Shown one piece after another: positions 49,052 through 57,865 of a DNA stretch of 64,000 nt. Source of the DNA: Nitrospirota bacterium (GTDB taxonomy: Bacteria > Nitrospirota > UBA9217); NCBI GenBank assembly GCA_963663225.1, contig OY760142.1, positions 1,344,001 to 1,408,000 on the forward strand, given 5' to 3'. Below the pieces are notes generated by a model. That model searched no databases. It saw only the letters and a list, made by a program, of their open reading frames with translations, and was not told the DNA's origin. The position numbers and the translations under genes were made by a program. Numbering within the stretch: position 1 is the stretch's first letter; each line of letters starts with the position of its first letter.

Positions 49052-50473
49052 CTAGAGCAGGCGCTCCTTCCGTAAAATTCTCCGTGCCGTATCATGGCCC
49101 CCGTAGCAGGTTCCCGGCATGCCGAATGCGATGCTTGTCCAGTGGCCGGTCAGGTACATACCGCGGATATCCGTCGTTCTGTTGAAAACCGGATCGTAGG
49201 TCTGCGAAGGCGTTTTGTCCCATCCGAAAGAAGCCCCGTGATGGTTCAGGGTATATCGGTGCAACGTGTGAGGAGTTGCGGCATCAACATAAGCAATATG
49301 ATTTTTAAGCGGTGGCAAAAAAGCAATTACACGGTCTAAAAAATCATCGGCGATTTGTTTTTTATTCTGTTTCCAGAATTCCGCGGACTGAAAGGGAGCG
49401 CCCACAAAAACGAGAATTGTTTTCTGATCGGGCGCCACACGCAGCATAAACATGCCCGACTCCCTGAAATTGCAGTGTTGCGTCTGTATGAACATTTCAT
49501 CCAAATCATAATGAGGGAGATGCCAGGTATTTGTTCCTGGTGCCGGAAGCTCCGGAAATCCGCTTTTCAGTCCGACATATAAAATGACATTGGACGGCGA
49601 AGGCGTTAAGTGTTCCAACGAAGGGACGAGGTCCTGGCGGCCGTGAGCTTCACGGAGCAGGTTGTTGAATGTCGCGGTGATGTCCACGGCGGACACAACA
49701 TATTTTGCGTTTCGGATGGTATCATCGTCCAGGACAATGCCGGCGGCTGTTTTGTTTTTCACGAGGATTTTTTTTACCAATCTGTTATACGCAAGCGTTC
49801 CGCCGTGCTGCTGAATGATTTCAGCCAGCGCATCAGGCAGATTTTGCATCCCTCCCCTGGGATAATAGCCGCCGTCCAGAACGAATTCACTCAAAATTTT
49901 TGTGGCGCTGAAGGCGTGCATCCGGGAAGGCGGGAGTCCGCCGTTTCCGAAGACCGGCGCGGCAAGGATGCTCTTCAGTTTTTCATCGGAGAAAAAAGCG
50001 TCCAAAAGCTCCCGAAACGTTTTATCCTTCAGTTTTGTAAATTCCGACTGGCGGGATGAGGTAAGAAAATCATAAAACTTACTGAAATTACTTTTTTCAG
50101 AGGGGAAGGATTGATCAACACTGTCCTGCGTTTTCCGTGCATCGCCCCAGAAGGTAACGGTATGGTCGGGCGAGACAATGATATCGGACGGGTCATGTCT
50201 GTCAATGGTGATTTTTCTGTCCACGCCCAGTTCCGTGAAGATTTTGCGCACGTGTCCGCCCTCTCTGTAATTCCCGAATGAATGCGCTGCGGAGTCGAAC
50301 AGAAATCCCCGGCGTTTGAACGACGTGAAATATCCCCCCGGCTTGTTGTGCTGCTCCACGAGAAGGATTTTCAAACCTGCCTTTGCAAGATAGCAACCGC
50401 AGACGAGACCGCTTATGCCCGCGCCGATCACAATGACGTCATATGCGTCGTTCTCCCGATCAAGCGTTGACAT
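49052..50473 (-). CDS. Phytoene-desaturase (CrtI)/retinol-saturase-like FAD oxidoreductase
   Basis: VIVIGAGISGL, EQHNKPGG..SF.R.GF.FD, YPRGG, ATP.T..RYT.N..G..FG, YLTGHW...GMP. Confidence 0.88.
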   Translation of the reverse strand: MSTLDRENDAYDVIVIGAGISGLVCGCYLAKAGLKILLVEQHNKPGGYFTSFKRRGFLFDSAAHSFGNYREGGHVRKIFTELGVDRKITIDRHDPSDIIVSPDHTVTFWGDARKTQDSVDQSFPSEKSNFSKFYDFLTSSRQSEFTKLKDKTFRELLDAFFSDEKLKSILAAPVFGNGGLPPSRMHAFSATKILSEFVLDGGYYPRGGMQNLPDALAEIIQQHGGTLAYNRLVKKILVKNKTAAGIVLDDDTIRNAKYVVSAVDITATFNNLLREAHGRQDLVPSLEHLTPSPSNVILYVGLKSGFPELPAPGTNTWHLPHYDLDEMFIQTQHCNFRESGMFMLRVAPDQKTILVFVGAPFQSAEFWKQNKKQIADDFLDRVIAFLPPLKNHIAYVDAATPHTLHRYTLNHHGASFGWDKTPSQTYDPVFNRTTDIRGMYLTGHWTSIAFGMPGTCYGGHDTARRILRKERLL

Positions 50474-50723
50474 TTGCCAATCCCTGTTTTTGCATTTTTT
50501 TCACCACAGCTATCGCGTCCTGCACCGTAGTGATTGCCGGAACGTCCTCGTCCCGAACCGATATCCCGAATTTCTTCTCTATTGCAACGGTTATCTCGAT
50601 TGTCTTAATGGAATCAACCTCCAGATCCTGCATGATTTTTGTATTCGGTGTGATTTCCTCCACGTCAAATCCGGAAACATCCGATATTATTGCTATGACT
50701 TCTTTCTCAACATTTGTGTCCAT
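50460..50723 (-). CDS. Acyl carrier protein
   Basis: DLEVDSI phosphopantetheine Ser motif, IEKKFGI.V.DED; AAGGAG SD. Confidence 0.93.
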   Translation of the reverse strand: MDTNVEKEVIAIISDVSGFDVEEITPNTKIMQDLEVDSIKTIEITVAIEKKFGISVRDEDVPAITTVQDAIAVVKKMQKQGLANVNA

Positions 50724-50733
50724 GGCTTTCTCC

Positions 50734-51951
50734 TTATATGATGAATTTTTTTATGACCAGCGAGGCGTTATTGCCGCCGAATGCATAGGAATTATTGAGC
50801 GCGATAGTGACGGGCTGCCGTCTTGCATGGTTCGGTACGCAGTCAATATCGCACTCCGGGTCCGGTGTCTCATAGTTCATGGTGGGCGGTATGGTGTCAT
50901 GTTTTACCGTGAGGGCGCAGGCAACCGCTTCAAGGGCCGAGGCAGCGCCCATGGTATGGCCAAGCATTGATTTTATGGAACTAATGGGTATGTTTTTAGA
51001 CCGCGCTCCGAATACTTTCTTGATGGCGGCGCATTCTGCGCGGTCATTTGCAGGCGTTCCGGTGCCGTGGGCGCTGATATAATCAACCGTATCCGGAGTT
51101 ATACAAGCCTCCTGGATGGCTTTTCTCATACACGCGGCAATTCCGTCCACTGCAGCAAGCGTCATATGACTCGCGTCGCAGCTCAAACCATAGCCGAGAA
51201 TTTCCGCATAAATCGGTGCCTTTCTTCTGAGCGCACGTTCGAGGACTTCCAGCACGAGCACCGCAGCCCCTTCGCCGGGGATCATCCCTTTTCTGTTTTT
51301 ATCAAAAGGCCGGCACTGTTCCGGCGCCACGGCCGAAAACTGGTTGAAGCCGGTGTACTCGATGCGGGAAATGCCGTCGGATGCTCCTGCCAGAACGATA
51401 TCGGCTTTCTGCAATTTCAACAGATCATATCCGTATGCAATTGCGTAGTTGCCGGCCGAACATGCGGTTGAGGTCATGAAAAGCGGTCCTGTGCACTGGA
51501 AGCGCTTCGCGATTTCGGCAGGAGCTGTGTGTGGCGGCATTTGAGATAATATGCCCGGGGAGACCGGGCGGCCCTGAATAAGACAGTCATCGACGTCCTC
51601 GATAGCTTGTGCGGCACCTAATGTCGTTCCATGAGAAACAGCAACGACGGCCTGCTTCAAATCATCAGGAGAGAGCGCGGCATCCATCACCGCAAGGTCA
51701 GCCGAAGCCACTGCCATCTGTGTGGCCCTGTTCATCCGACGCACACAGTTGGCATACAGGAACTGATCAGGATTAAAGATTTTTACTTCGCCGCCGTTAT
51801 GAGTGAAATGTTTCGATGTATCAAAAGCCGTCACCGGACTGATACCGGACTTTCCCTGGAGCAGGGCTTCCCAGAACGCATCCTTGCCGATGCCGATGGA
51901 CGATATGGCTCCCAGTCCTGTAATCACAACCCGCTTATTCGTATTTAGCAC
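50734..51951 (-). CDS. Beta-ketoacyl-ACP synthase (active, FabF-like)
   Basis: Full Cys-His-His triad: STACSAG, AHGTGT, KSMLGHTMGAA. Confidence 0.93.
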   Translation of the reverse strand: MLNTNKRVVITGLGAISSIGIGKDAFWEALLQGKSGISPVTAFDTSKHFTHNGGEVKIFNPDQFLYANCVRRMNRATQMAVASADLAVMDAALSPDDLKQAVVAVSHGTTLGAAQAIEDVDDCLIQGRPVSPGILSQMPPHTAPAEIAKRFQCTGPLFMTSTACSAGNYAIAYGYDLLKLQKADIVLAGASDGISRIEYTGFNQFSAVAPEQCRPFDKNRKGMIPGEGAAVLVLEVLERALRRKAPIYAEILGYGLSCDASHMTLAAVDGIAACMRKAIQEACITPDTVDYISAHGTGTPANDRAECAAIKKVFGARSKNIPISSIKSMLGHTMGAASALEAVACALTVKHDTIPPTMNYETPDPECDIDCVPNHARRQPVTIALNNSYAFGGNNASLVIKKFII

Positions 51952-52375
51952 TGAATATCATCTCCGCTTCTGTAATTTTTTTGCCTTCCACGAAAGCTTC
52001 GCCGGATACACAGGCTCCGGTCGGCAGCGTTTTGATGTTCTGAACGCGTATCGTTATCTGATCACCGGGGACCGCAGGATGCAAAAACCGCGCTTTGGCT
52101 GAGCCGAAAAAATACAGCGGTTTTTTGCTTTCGTCCGGACGATTCGCATGCAGCGCGAAAAGAACAATGGCGGTCTGGGCCATGGCTTCCAGGATAAGCG
52201 CCCCCGGCATGACGGCTTTTTCCGGAAAATGACCCTGCATAAACGCTTCGTTCCCGGACACGTTTTTAATTGCGACCGCGTGTTTTCCCGGCTCCGCTTC
52301 CAACACCCGGTCGATCATAATAAATGGATACCGCTGGGGAATCAGTTTTTTTATTTTTTCAAAGTCAATACGCAT
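51935..52375 (-). CDS. 3-hydroxyacyl-ACP dehydratase, FabZ-like
   Basis: RYPFIMIDRV, GHFP...MPGALILEAMAQ. Confidence 0.93.
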   Translation of the reverse strand: MRIDFEKIKKLIPQRYPFIMIDRVLEAEPGKHAVAIKNVSGNEAFMQGHFPEKAVMPGALILEAMAQTAIVLFALHANRPDESKKPLYFFGSAKARFLHPAVPGDQITIRVQNIKTLPTGACVSGEAFVEGKKITEAEMIFSAKYE

Positions 52376-52378
52376 TCG

Positions 52379-53614
52379 TCACCTTGCATAGCGGCTTACG
52401 ATAACCGCAGAGTTCTGGCCGTACGGGTCCACGGCCGTAACGAGCACATTCCGGAGTTCCTTCTTGCGCGCCGTGTTCGGAACAATATCCAGATCGCACA
52501 AGATGTCTTTTTCAATATAATTGATTGTGGGAGGTATGCAGTTTTTTTGGACCGCTCCGACAGCCGCGGCCAGAGACAAGGCGCCCGAAGCCGAGCAGGA
52601 TTCTCCTATCATGGATTTTATGGAGGTTACCGGAACTGCAACAGCCTGGTTTCTGAAGATGTTTATTATGGTTGCAGCTTCCATCCGATCAAGACCGTGC
52701 GTGGAGTTCGCGCAGGCGCAGATGTAGTCAATATCGCAGGGCTGCAACGCCGCATTCTTTAAAGCCAGGGCGATTGCGGTCTGAAGTCCCTGTCCCGCGT
52801 GCGTGAAATCGCCGTTTGCCGAGGGGTCGAAAGCAGCGGCGTATCCCGTAATACGCGCAAGTGGTGTCGTGCCTTTTTGCAGGGCGTACTGCTCCTCTTC
52901 CAGCACGAGAATTGCCGCTCCTTCAGAAAGGATTGCGCCGTTTCTGCGTGCGTCAAAAGGGCAGCAAAGAGGTTGTGAACCGTTTGTGCCAGAAAGCATG
53001 CCGAGATTGAGAAGGCCGAGAAATGTTTCCTCGCACAGTTCCTCCACTCCGCCCGCCAGCACCGTGGCGGCCCTGCCCAGTTTTATAAAGTCCGCCGCGT
53101 ACGCAATCGCGTCCATGCTCGCGCAGAATCCTGTTGATATTGTCGTATTGAAGCCTTTTATTTTGAATCGGATCGACACCTGGCTGGCCGGCGAGTTTAT
53201 AACAGTATTCGGAAAATGCGACGGATTAACGGCACGCGGACCCTCGCGAAGGCCTGTCCGGTCGAATTGAGAGATGCTGTGCAGGCTCCCGTACGTTGTG
53301 CCGATTGCCACGCCCATTGCGCTTGTTGTGTTTTCAGTGATTTCGAGTTTGCCGTCGTCAATGGCCAGTTTTGCAGCGGCACAAATGAGACGGGTGCTCC
53401 TGTCGAGGTCGCGGAGCCCTTTTTTCCCGAGAAAGGAAACGGGATCGAAGTTCGGCGTCTCGCCGGCCATGCTGACGCCGAACGCACTGGTGTCGAACAG
53501 GGTTATCGGAGCAAAGCCCGAGTTGCCCAGGAAAAGGTTTTCCCAGAACAGCTCTTTTCCTATTGCGACAGGAGAGAGAATCCCGATGCCGGTTATTACG
53601 ATATTATTGCCCAT
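52379..53614 (-). CDS. Ketosynthase homolog lacking the catalytic triad (chain-length-factor-like)
   Basis: STGFCAS instead of TACS, CACANST instead of AHGTGT, KSMIGE instead of KS..GH. Confidence 0.85.
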   Translation of the reverse strand: MGNNIVITGIGILSPVAIGKELFWENLFLGNSGFAPITLFDTSAFGVSMAGETPNFDPVSFLGKKGLRDLDRSTRLICAAAKLAIDDGKLEITENTTSAMGVAIGTTYGSLHSISQFDRTGLREGPRAVNPSHFPNTVINSPASQVSIRFKIKGFNTTISTGFCASMDAIAYAADFIKLGRAATVLAGGVEELCEETFLGLLNLGMLSGTNGSQPLCCPFDARRNGAILSEGAAILVLEEEQYALQKGTTPLARITGYAAAFDPSANGDFTHAGQGLQTAIALALKNAALQPCDIDYICACANSTHGLDRMEAATIINIFRNQAVAVPVTSIKSMIGESCSASGALSLAAAVGAVQKNCIPPTINYIEKDILCDLDIVPNTARKKELRNVLVTAVDPYGQNSAVIVSRYAR

Positions 53615-53684
53615 GCTTTGTCACGTCCTATCAACAGGGTGACGCCCTGTTAAAATTTAGCAGCACTGTTTGCACAAACACATT

Positions 53685-54437
53685 TTATATTCCCAATCCG
53701 CCGTCAAGCTGCAAGGTCTGACCGGTGATGTACTGCGCCCTGTCACTGAGCAGAAATACCACCGATTCTGCAACCTCTTCAGCAGTGCCGAACCTCTGAA
53801 GAGGGATGTTTCTTAAAAAAAGCTCCTTCATTTTCGGGGCAAGGGTTGCGGTCATTTCCGTGTCGATAAAGCCGGGCGCCACAGCGTTCACTCTGACATT
53901 ATACGGTGCGACTTCCTGCGCCAAAGACTTGGTAAAACCGATCAGTCCTGCCTTTGCGGCCGCGTAGTTTGTCTGACCAGGGAGCGGATGGATGCCGCCT
54001 ACCGAGGAAATGTTCACGATGGCCCCGCTTTTTTGCTTCAAGAACGTGATGATCGAGGCGCGGGTAATGTTAAAGGCGCCGTTCAGATTGGTATCAATGA
54101 CATCATGCCAGTCTTCCGGGCTCATCATCATCAGAGACTTGTCCCTGGTGATTCCGGCATTGTTCACTAGGAAATCGAGCTTTCCGAATTCTTTTCTGAC
54201 GGATTCGGCAAGCGTCTTGGCGCCATTGAAGTCCCTTGCATCAAGCAGAACGGAAAGGACCTTTCTGCCCATACCGCGGACCTCCCGCGCAAGCGATTCC
54301 GCCGCCGCATGGTTTTTTACATACGTGAAAGCGCAATCCACGCCCCGCGCGGAAAGGGCAAGGACGACAGCGCGTCCAATGCCTCTTGTTCCGCCGGTTA
54401 CGATCGCAGTTTTCTTGAGAAAGAAATTCTTGAGCAA
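53685..54437 (-). CDS. 3-oxoacyl-ACP reductase, FabG-like
   Basis: TGGTRGIG, NNAGITRD, YAAAK, VNAVAPGFIDT. Confidence 0.93.
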   Translation of the reverse strand: MLKNFFLKKTAIVTGGTRGIGRAVVLALSARGVDCAFTYVKNHAAAESLAREVRGMGRKVLSVLLDARDFNGAKTLAESVRKEFGKLDFLVNNAGITRDKSLMMMSPEDWHDVIDTNLNGAFNITRASIITFLKQKSGAIVNISSVGGIHPLPGQTNYAAAKAGLIGFTKSLAQEVAPYNVRVNAVAPGFIDTEMTATLAPKMKELFLRNIPLQRFGTAEEVAESVVFLLSDRAQYITGQTLQLDGGLGI

Positions 54438-54551
54438 GTTTTCACTCTTGAATCACTGCTTACAGGACCTGATGAAATCCCTGTGGTCCGGATATTTATT
54501 CAAACGCACCTGTCCGATCGACTATTGTCGTGAGCTTGAATATATCCGGCA

Positions 54552-55661
54552 TCAGGTATTTTCAGAACCAGGCGCTATCGCAATGTAAAAAATAATGGAG
54601 CCGGATTCGACCCTGGTCATTGACAGCGCGGTGTCGGGTATTTCCGCAAGCCGGAACAGTCTGGCAAAGTCGGGCTCGATACGCTGTTTGAAGCCGTCCC
54701 AGTCCACAAACCAGTGGTAGATTTGGGAGCGATAACGGGCAGCATCCTTGTACGCCATGATAAGCTTCCCGTCGGGCCGCAGAAGCCGGTAGAGCGTGTT
54801 CAGGAGTTTGATAAGAAAATCGTCGGGCAGGTAATCGAAATACCCAACGCTGTAGATAATATCCTGTGGTCCGAATTCTTTTTGAGCTGTTTCAAGATCA
54901 AACATTCTGAGCGCATTATAGGTGAGCAGTTCAACCTGATCCGACAGCAGTCCTGCCGTTGAAAAACGGTCGCGGGAGAAATTGAGGGCCTCCGCATCCA
55001 GATCGACGCAGGTAAACCGGGCGCCAGAGGCCTTGATCTCGGGAGCCAATTCGAAGACTTCCCTGCACGATCCGCAGGCGACATCGAGGACTTTCGGCGA
55101 TATTCTCGCTTTCAACTCATCCCGGAGCAGCTCTCTCAGCCTTTGTATGCGCTCTCTCACACCCACGCCGAGTGCCGAGTCGAGCAGATATTTGTCCAGG
55201 TAATATCCGATGCCGTCAGACAACGGCATGTTTTTGTACGCGAGTTCGAGCGTTTCAAAATCGCCCTGCTGCCCCCGTGGCCAGACGCGGCAACGGTTGA
55301 TGCAATAACTTTTGGAAAGAATGGGGTTGGTTTTTTCGCGGAAGGTGGCTTGTGCGGCCCTGATCGCCTCTGGATCTAGTATCTGCCGTTCGAACTGAGC
55401 GCATGCTTCAAGCATTGCGTCATTTAGCACGGTGATTTCAGCAAGAAGTTCGAAACGGTCGGCATCAGGTTGGTTGCATTTTGATTCGAAAAATCTAAGT
55501 TGCTGCAGATAGTCTGCAACTTTTGAATCAAGCAAATCTGCATATGGTTTTGTTTTTTCGCGAAGAAGCTGCGATGTCGCAGCAAGCTCCCCAGATTGAT
55601 ATGTCAGTGCGTTCTGCACGTTATCCCCCTTGAACGGTATGTTTACGGGTTTATCAGGCAT
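54552..55661 (-). CDS. Class-I SAM-dependent methyltransferase, PhcB-like
   Basis: VLDVACG SAM motif, CVDLD..AL, YSVGYFDYL, LRPDG.L; upstream WPRGQQGDFETLE resembles the KPxGYxGD motif I associate with PhcB-like enzymes. Confidence 0.75.
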   Translation of the reverse strand: MPDKPVNIPFKGDNVQNALTYQSGELAATSQLLREKTKPYADLLDSKVADYLQQLRFFESKCNQPDADRFELLAEITVLNDAMLEACAQFERQILDPEAIRAAQATFREKTNPILSKSYCINRCRVWPRGQQGDFETLELAYKNMPLSDGIGYYLDKYLLDSALGVGVRERIQRLRELLRDELKARISPKVLDVACGSCREVFELAPEIKASGARFTCVDLDAEALNFSRDRFSTAGLLSDQVELLTYNALRMFDLETAQKEFGPQDIIYSVGYFDYLPDDFLIKLLNTLYRLLRPDGKLIMAYKDAARYRSQIYHWFVDWDGFKQRIEPDFARLFRLAEIPDTALSMTRVESGSIIFYIAIAPGSENT

Positions 55662-55680
55662 CCTGCCTTATTACAAACAA

Positions 55681-55709
55681 TCTTTGCGGCTTTTCGCTGA
55701 GGCCGCAGA
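55681..55709 (-). terminator. Stem-loop directly after the small peptide ORF
   Basis: Minus strand TCTGCGGCCTCAGCGAAAAGCCGCAAAGA (TGCGGC/GCCGCA stem); no long U-tract, so likely a stabiliser or leaky terminator. Confidence 0.5.
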
Positions 55710-55716
55710 TGGAAGG

Positions 55717-55815
55717 TTAGCGCGGGCCCCTGGGTGAGGGACGGATAGCGTTCTGCAAACAGCAGCAGGCAAGCTGCTTCTTCCGCTCAGCCGGCAATAC
55801 GAAGTTGCCTATCAT
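55717..55815 (-). CDS. 32-aa peptide MIGNFVLPAERKKQLACCCLQNAIRPSPRGPR (first gene of the KS/methyltransferase operon)
   Basis: Perfect extended SD TAAGGAGGTGATC ending 2 nt before the ATG; sigma70 promoter about 95 nt upstream; hairpin downstream. Confidence 0.75.
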   Translation of the reverse strand: MIGNFVLPAERKKQLACCCLQNAIRPSPRGPR

Positions 55816-55910
55816 TTGATCACCTCCTTATCCTCGAAGTCATCGTGTAGGACCGAATCTCTTTCGTTGCAAAATCTCTTGCGCAAAAAAAAGAGTGCGT
55901 GGTGGGCGGA

Positions 55911-55939
55911 AGGTTAAACCAGCGGTGCAATCGTGTCAA
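55911..55939 (-). promoter_or_regulatory. sigma70 promoter of the peptide-methyltransferase-KS operon
   Basis: Minus strand TTGACA-N17-TAACCT. Confidence 0.65.
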
Positions 55940-56209
55940 ATAAATTAAAAAAAGATGGTCAAACAAAAAATGGGCTGTGTGCATAAATAAAAAAAATTGT
56001 CGTATTATTCGAGACAAACAGAAGCGAGCATCGCAAAAAGTTGCACACCGTTTTTATTTTTTTATCAACTTTAAAAAGATGTCATGAAAAAAATCGCGAA
56101 ATGTCCATAAAGCGGATCGTGCTGCAGGGACATCCGCCGAAGAAAAAAGCTTGTTTGCGTTGTTTTGGGCGCGTTTTATATTTCCAACAAACGACTACAA
56201 AACATATTC

Positions 56210-56238
56210 TTGACTCACTTAAGCCTTTCAGATACACT
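56210..56238 (+). promoter_or_regulatory. sigma70-like promoter upstream of 56332
   Basis: TTGACT-N17-TACACT. Confidence 0.5.
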
Positions 56239-56331
56239 TGCGTATCTTTAAAATCGATGAAAACAGGGTGTATTCGCCCCTTTTCTGCTTTTTTTGCTCC
56301 AAGCAAAGCAGAAGTATACTAAGGAGAAAAT

Positions 56332-56676
56332 ATGGCCCAAATAAAAACAGGGACCAAAATCAAAGCCGTTCTGATTGGCATTCTCGTCTGCATTCTGATT
56401 GTCCTGTACAGTTACTTTGTTGCCGACACGGTGACGACGAGGATCACCGATGCGCAGATGACAAAGGTGGACGGCAGGTTCATGATAGCCACCGAGTACC
56501 GTCCTTTTGTAAATGAAGACGCCTGGTACCGGTTTAAGTTCGATTCCGGTAACATACAGAATGAGGCAATCCGGCTGAAGGGCAAAGAGGTCAGGATCAA
56601 GAAATACGGATGGCGGATAACGGTATTATCGCAGTATGAGAACGTGGTGAAGATCGAAGAGGTCCAGAAAAAGTAA
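56332..56676 (+). CDS. DUF1523-like membrane-anchored protein
   Basis: N-terminal TM; NEDAWYRFKFDSGNIQ...YGWRI..LS.Y.N. Confidence 0.7.
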   Translation: MAQIKTGTKIKAVLIGILVCILIVLYSYFVADTVTTRITDAQMTKVDGRFMIATEYRPFVNEDAWYRFKFDSGNIQNEAIRLKGKEVRIKKYGWRITVLSQYENVVKIEEVQKK

Positions 56677-56690
56677 AAAAGCCCGTAGGG

Positions 56691-56891
56691 CTACCTAGTT
56701 TTTCTGAGAAGCAGGAATGCTCCGAGGGCCGTGCAGACCCCGCCGGCAATAAGAACGATCATGGTCTTATCGGTCGGTGAACCGGTAACAAAACGCGCCA
56801 CGTGGGAAGAAAAAGCACTGTACAGATTATAACCCCAGATTAGAAGGCCGATGCCGGCAACGAGCAGTGCAACACCAATTAGCTTTTCCAT
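56691..56891 (-). CDS. DUF3185-like small membrane protein
   Basis: LIGVALLVAGIGLL.WG...RFVTGSPTDK; GGAGG SD. Confidence 0.8.
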   Translation of the reverse strand: MEKLIGVALLVAGIGLLIWGYNLYSAFSSHVARFVTGSPTDKTMIVLIAGGVCTALGAFLLLRKTR

Positions 56892-57046
56892 AAGCGTCAG
56901 TCCTCCATAACAGCCAATTGCCGCAGAGTGTAAATGCTTAGCCGGTAATTGTCAAACAAAATCAGATCGGCATACTGCCGTCATCCTTTGACTACAGACT
57001 GAGGCACCCGAAAACCAATCGCACGATCCGGAACAGGAGCAGACAC

Positions 57047-57826
57047 ATGGAGCAGGGAAAAAACGATGTTCAGAAACAAATGAGGGAACACTCGAAGCCG
57101 CTGGTGCTGATCGTCGACAGCAACATCATGAGCCAGTTTACGACCAGCATGATCCTGCAGCGGCTGGATTATTTCGTTTATCCGGTGAAGACGGCAGAAG
57201 AGGCGCTGACAGCCATAAGCATTACCTCTCCGCACGTCGTGCTTGCAGAGACCGCCCTTCCCCAGATGAGCGGACTTGCTCTTCTGCAGAGGATTAAAAA
57301 AGACAAAGGAACAAAAAACATTCCGGTTATTATCTACACAAAGGAGCAGGACCAGTCTACACGCCAGGTATACCTGCAGGCGGGATGCGAAGGATATCTG
57401 ACGTACCCGGCTGATCCCAACCACCTGTACGAAACTATCCAGCAGGCGACGGAAGTAACACCCCGCCATTTTGTCCGGCTCAACACCAGTCTGGAAGTAA
57501 CCATTGGCAAACAGGGCGCCGCGGACCCTGCAGCGGCAAGGGAACGGGTGAGCGCACTGTCCGTAGACGGCATGTACGTAAGCACGGTAAAGCCCGTGCC
57601 GTACGGCACAATACTTCCCTTCACCCTGTTTTTGGAGGATTCACCGAACGGAAGCATCGGTCTTGAAGGGAAGGTGCTCTACAGCTACAGCTATGACGGC
57701 AGGGTGGGCGCGGTAAAGCAGCCGGGTATGGGCATTAAATTTACCAACATCCTTCCCGAGGACCGGATGCTCATAAAGAACTTCATCCAGAAAAAACTGA
57801 TGGAAGGAATCGCTGTTGCCATCTGA
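57047..57826 (+). CDS. Atypical receiver domain plus PilZ-like domain protein
   Basis: REC fold (VLIVDS...VVLAETALPQMSG...IPVII); RHFVR PilZ motif; LS.DGMYV; PGMGIKF. Confidence 0.85.
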   Translation: MEQGKNDVQKQMREHSKPLVLIVDSNIMSQFTTSMILQRLDYFVYPVKTAEEALTAISITSPHVVLAETALPQMSGLALLQRIKKDKGTKNIPVIIYTKEQDQSTRQVYLQAGCEGYLTYPADPNHLYETIQQATEVTPRHFVRLNTSLEVTIGKQGAADPAAARERVSALSVDGMYVSTVKPVPYGTILPFTLFLEDSPNGSIGLEGKVLYSYSYDGRVGAVKQPGMGIKFTNILPEDRMLIKNFIQKKLMEGIAVAI

Positions 57827-57865
57827 TGCCCTTTTGTTTAACTCCGCTTTTCCCTCCCTCCCGTC

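Noticed and set aside
49052-55661. Calling the cluster ladderane, aryl-polyene, carotenoid or housekeeping FAS
   Set aside because: No radical SAM genes, no aryl-starter ligase, glycosyltransferase or transport genes, and no crtB/crtE; fabD, fabH and plsX are absent and one KS lacks its triad
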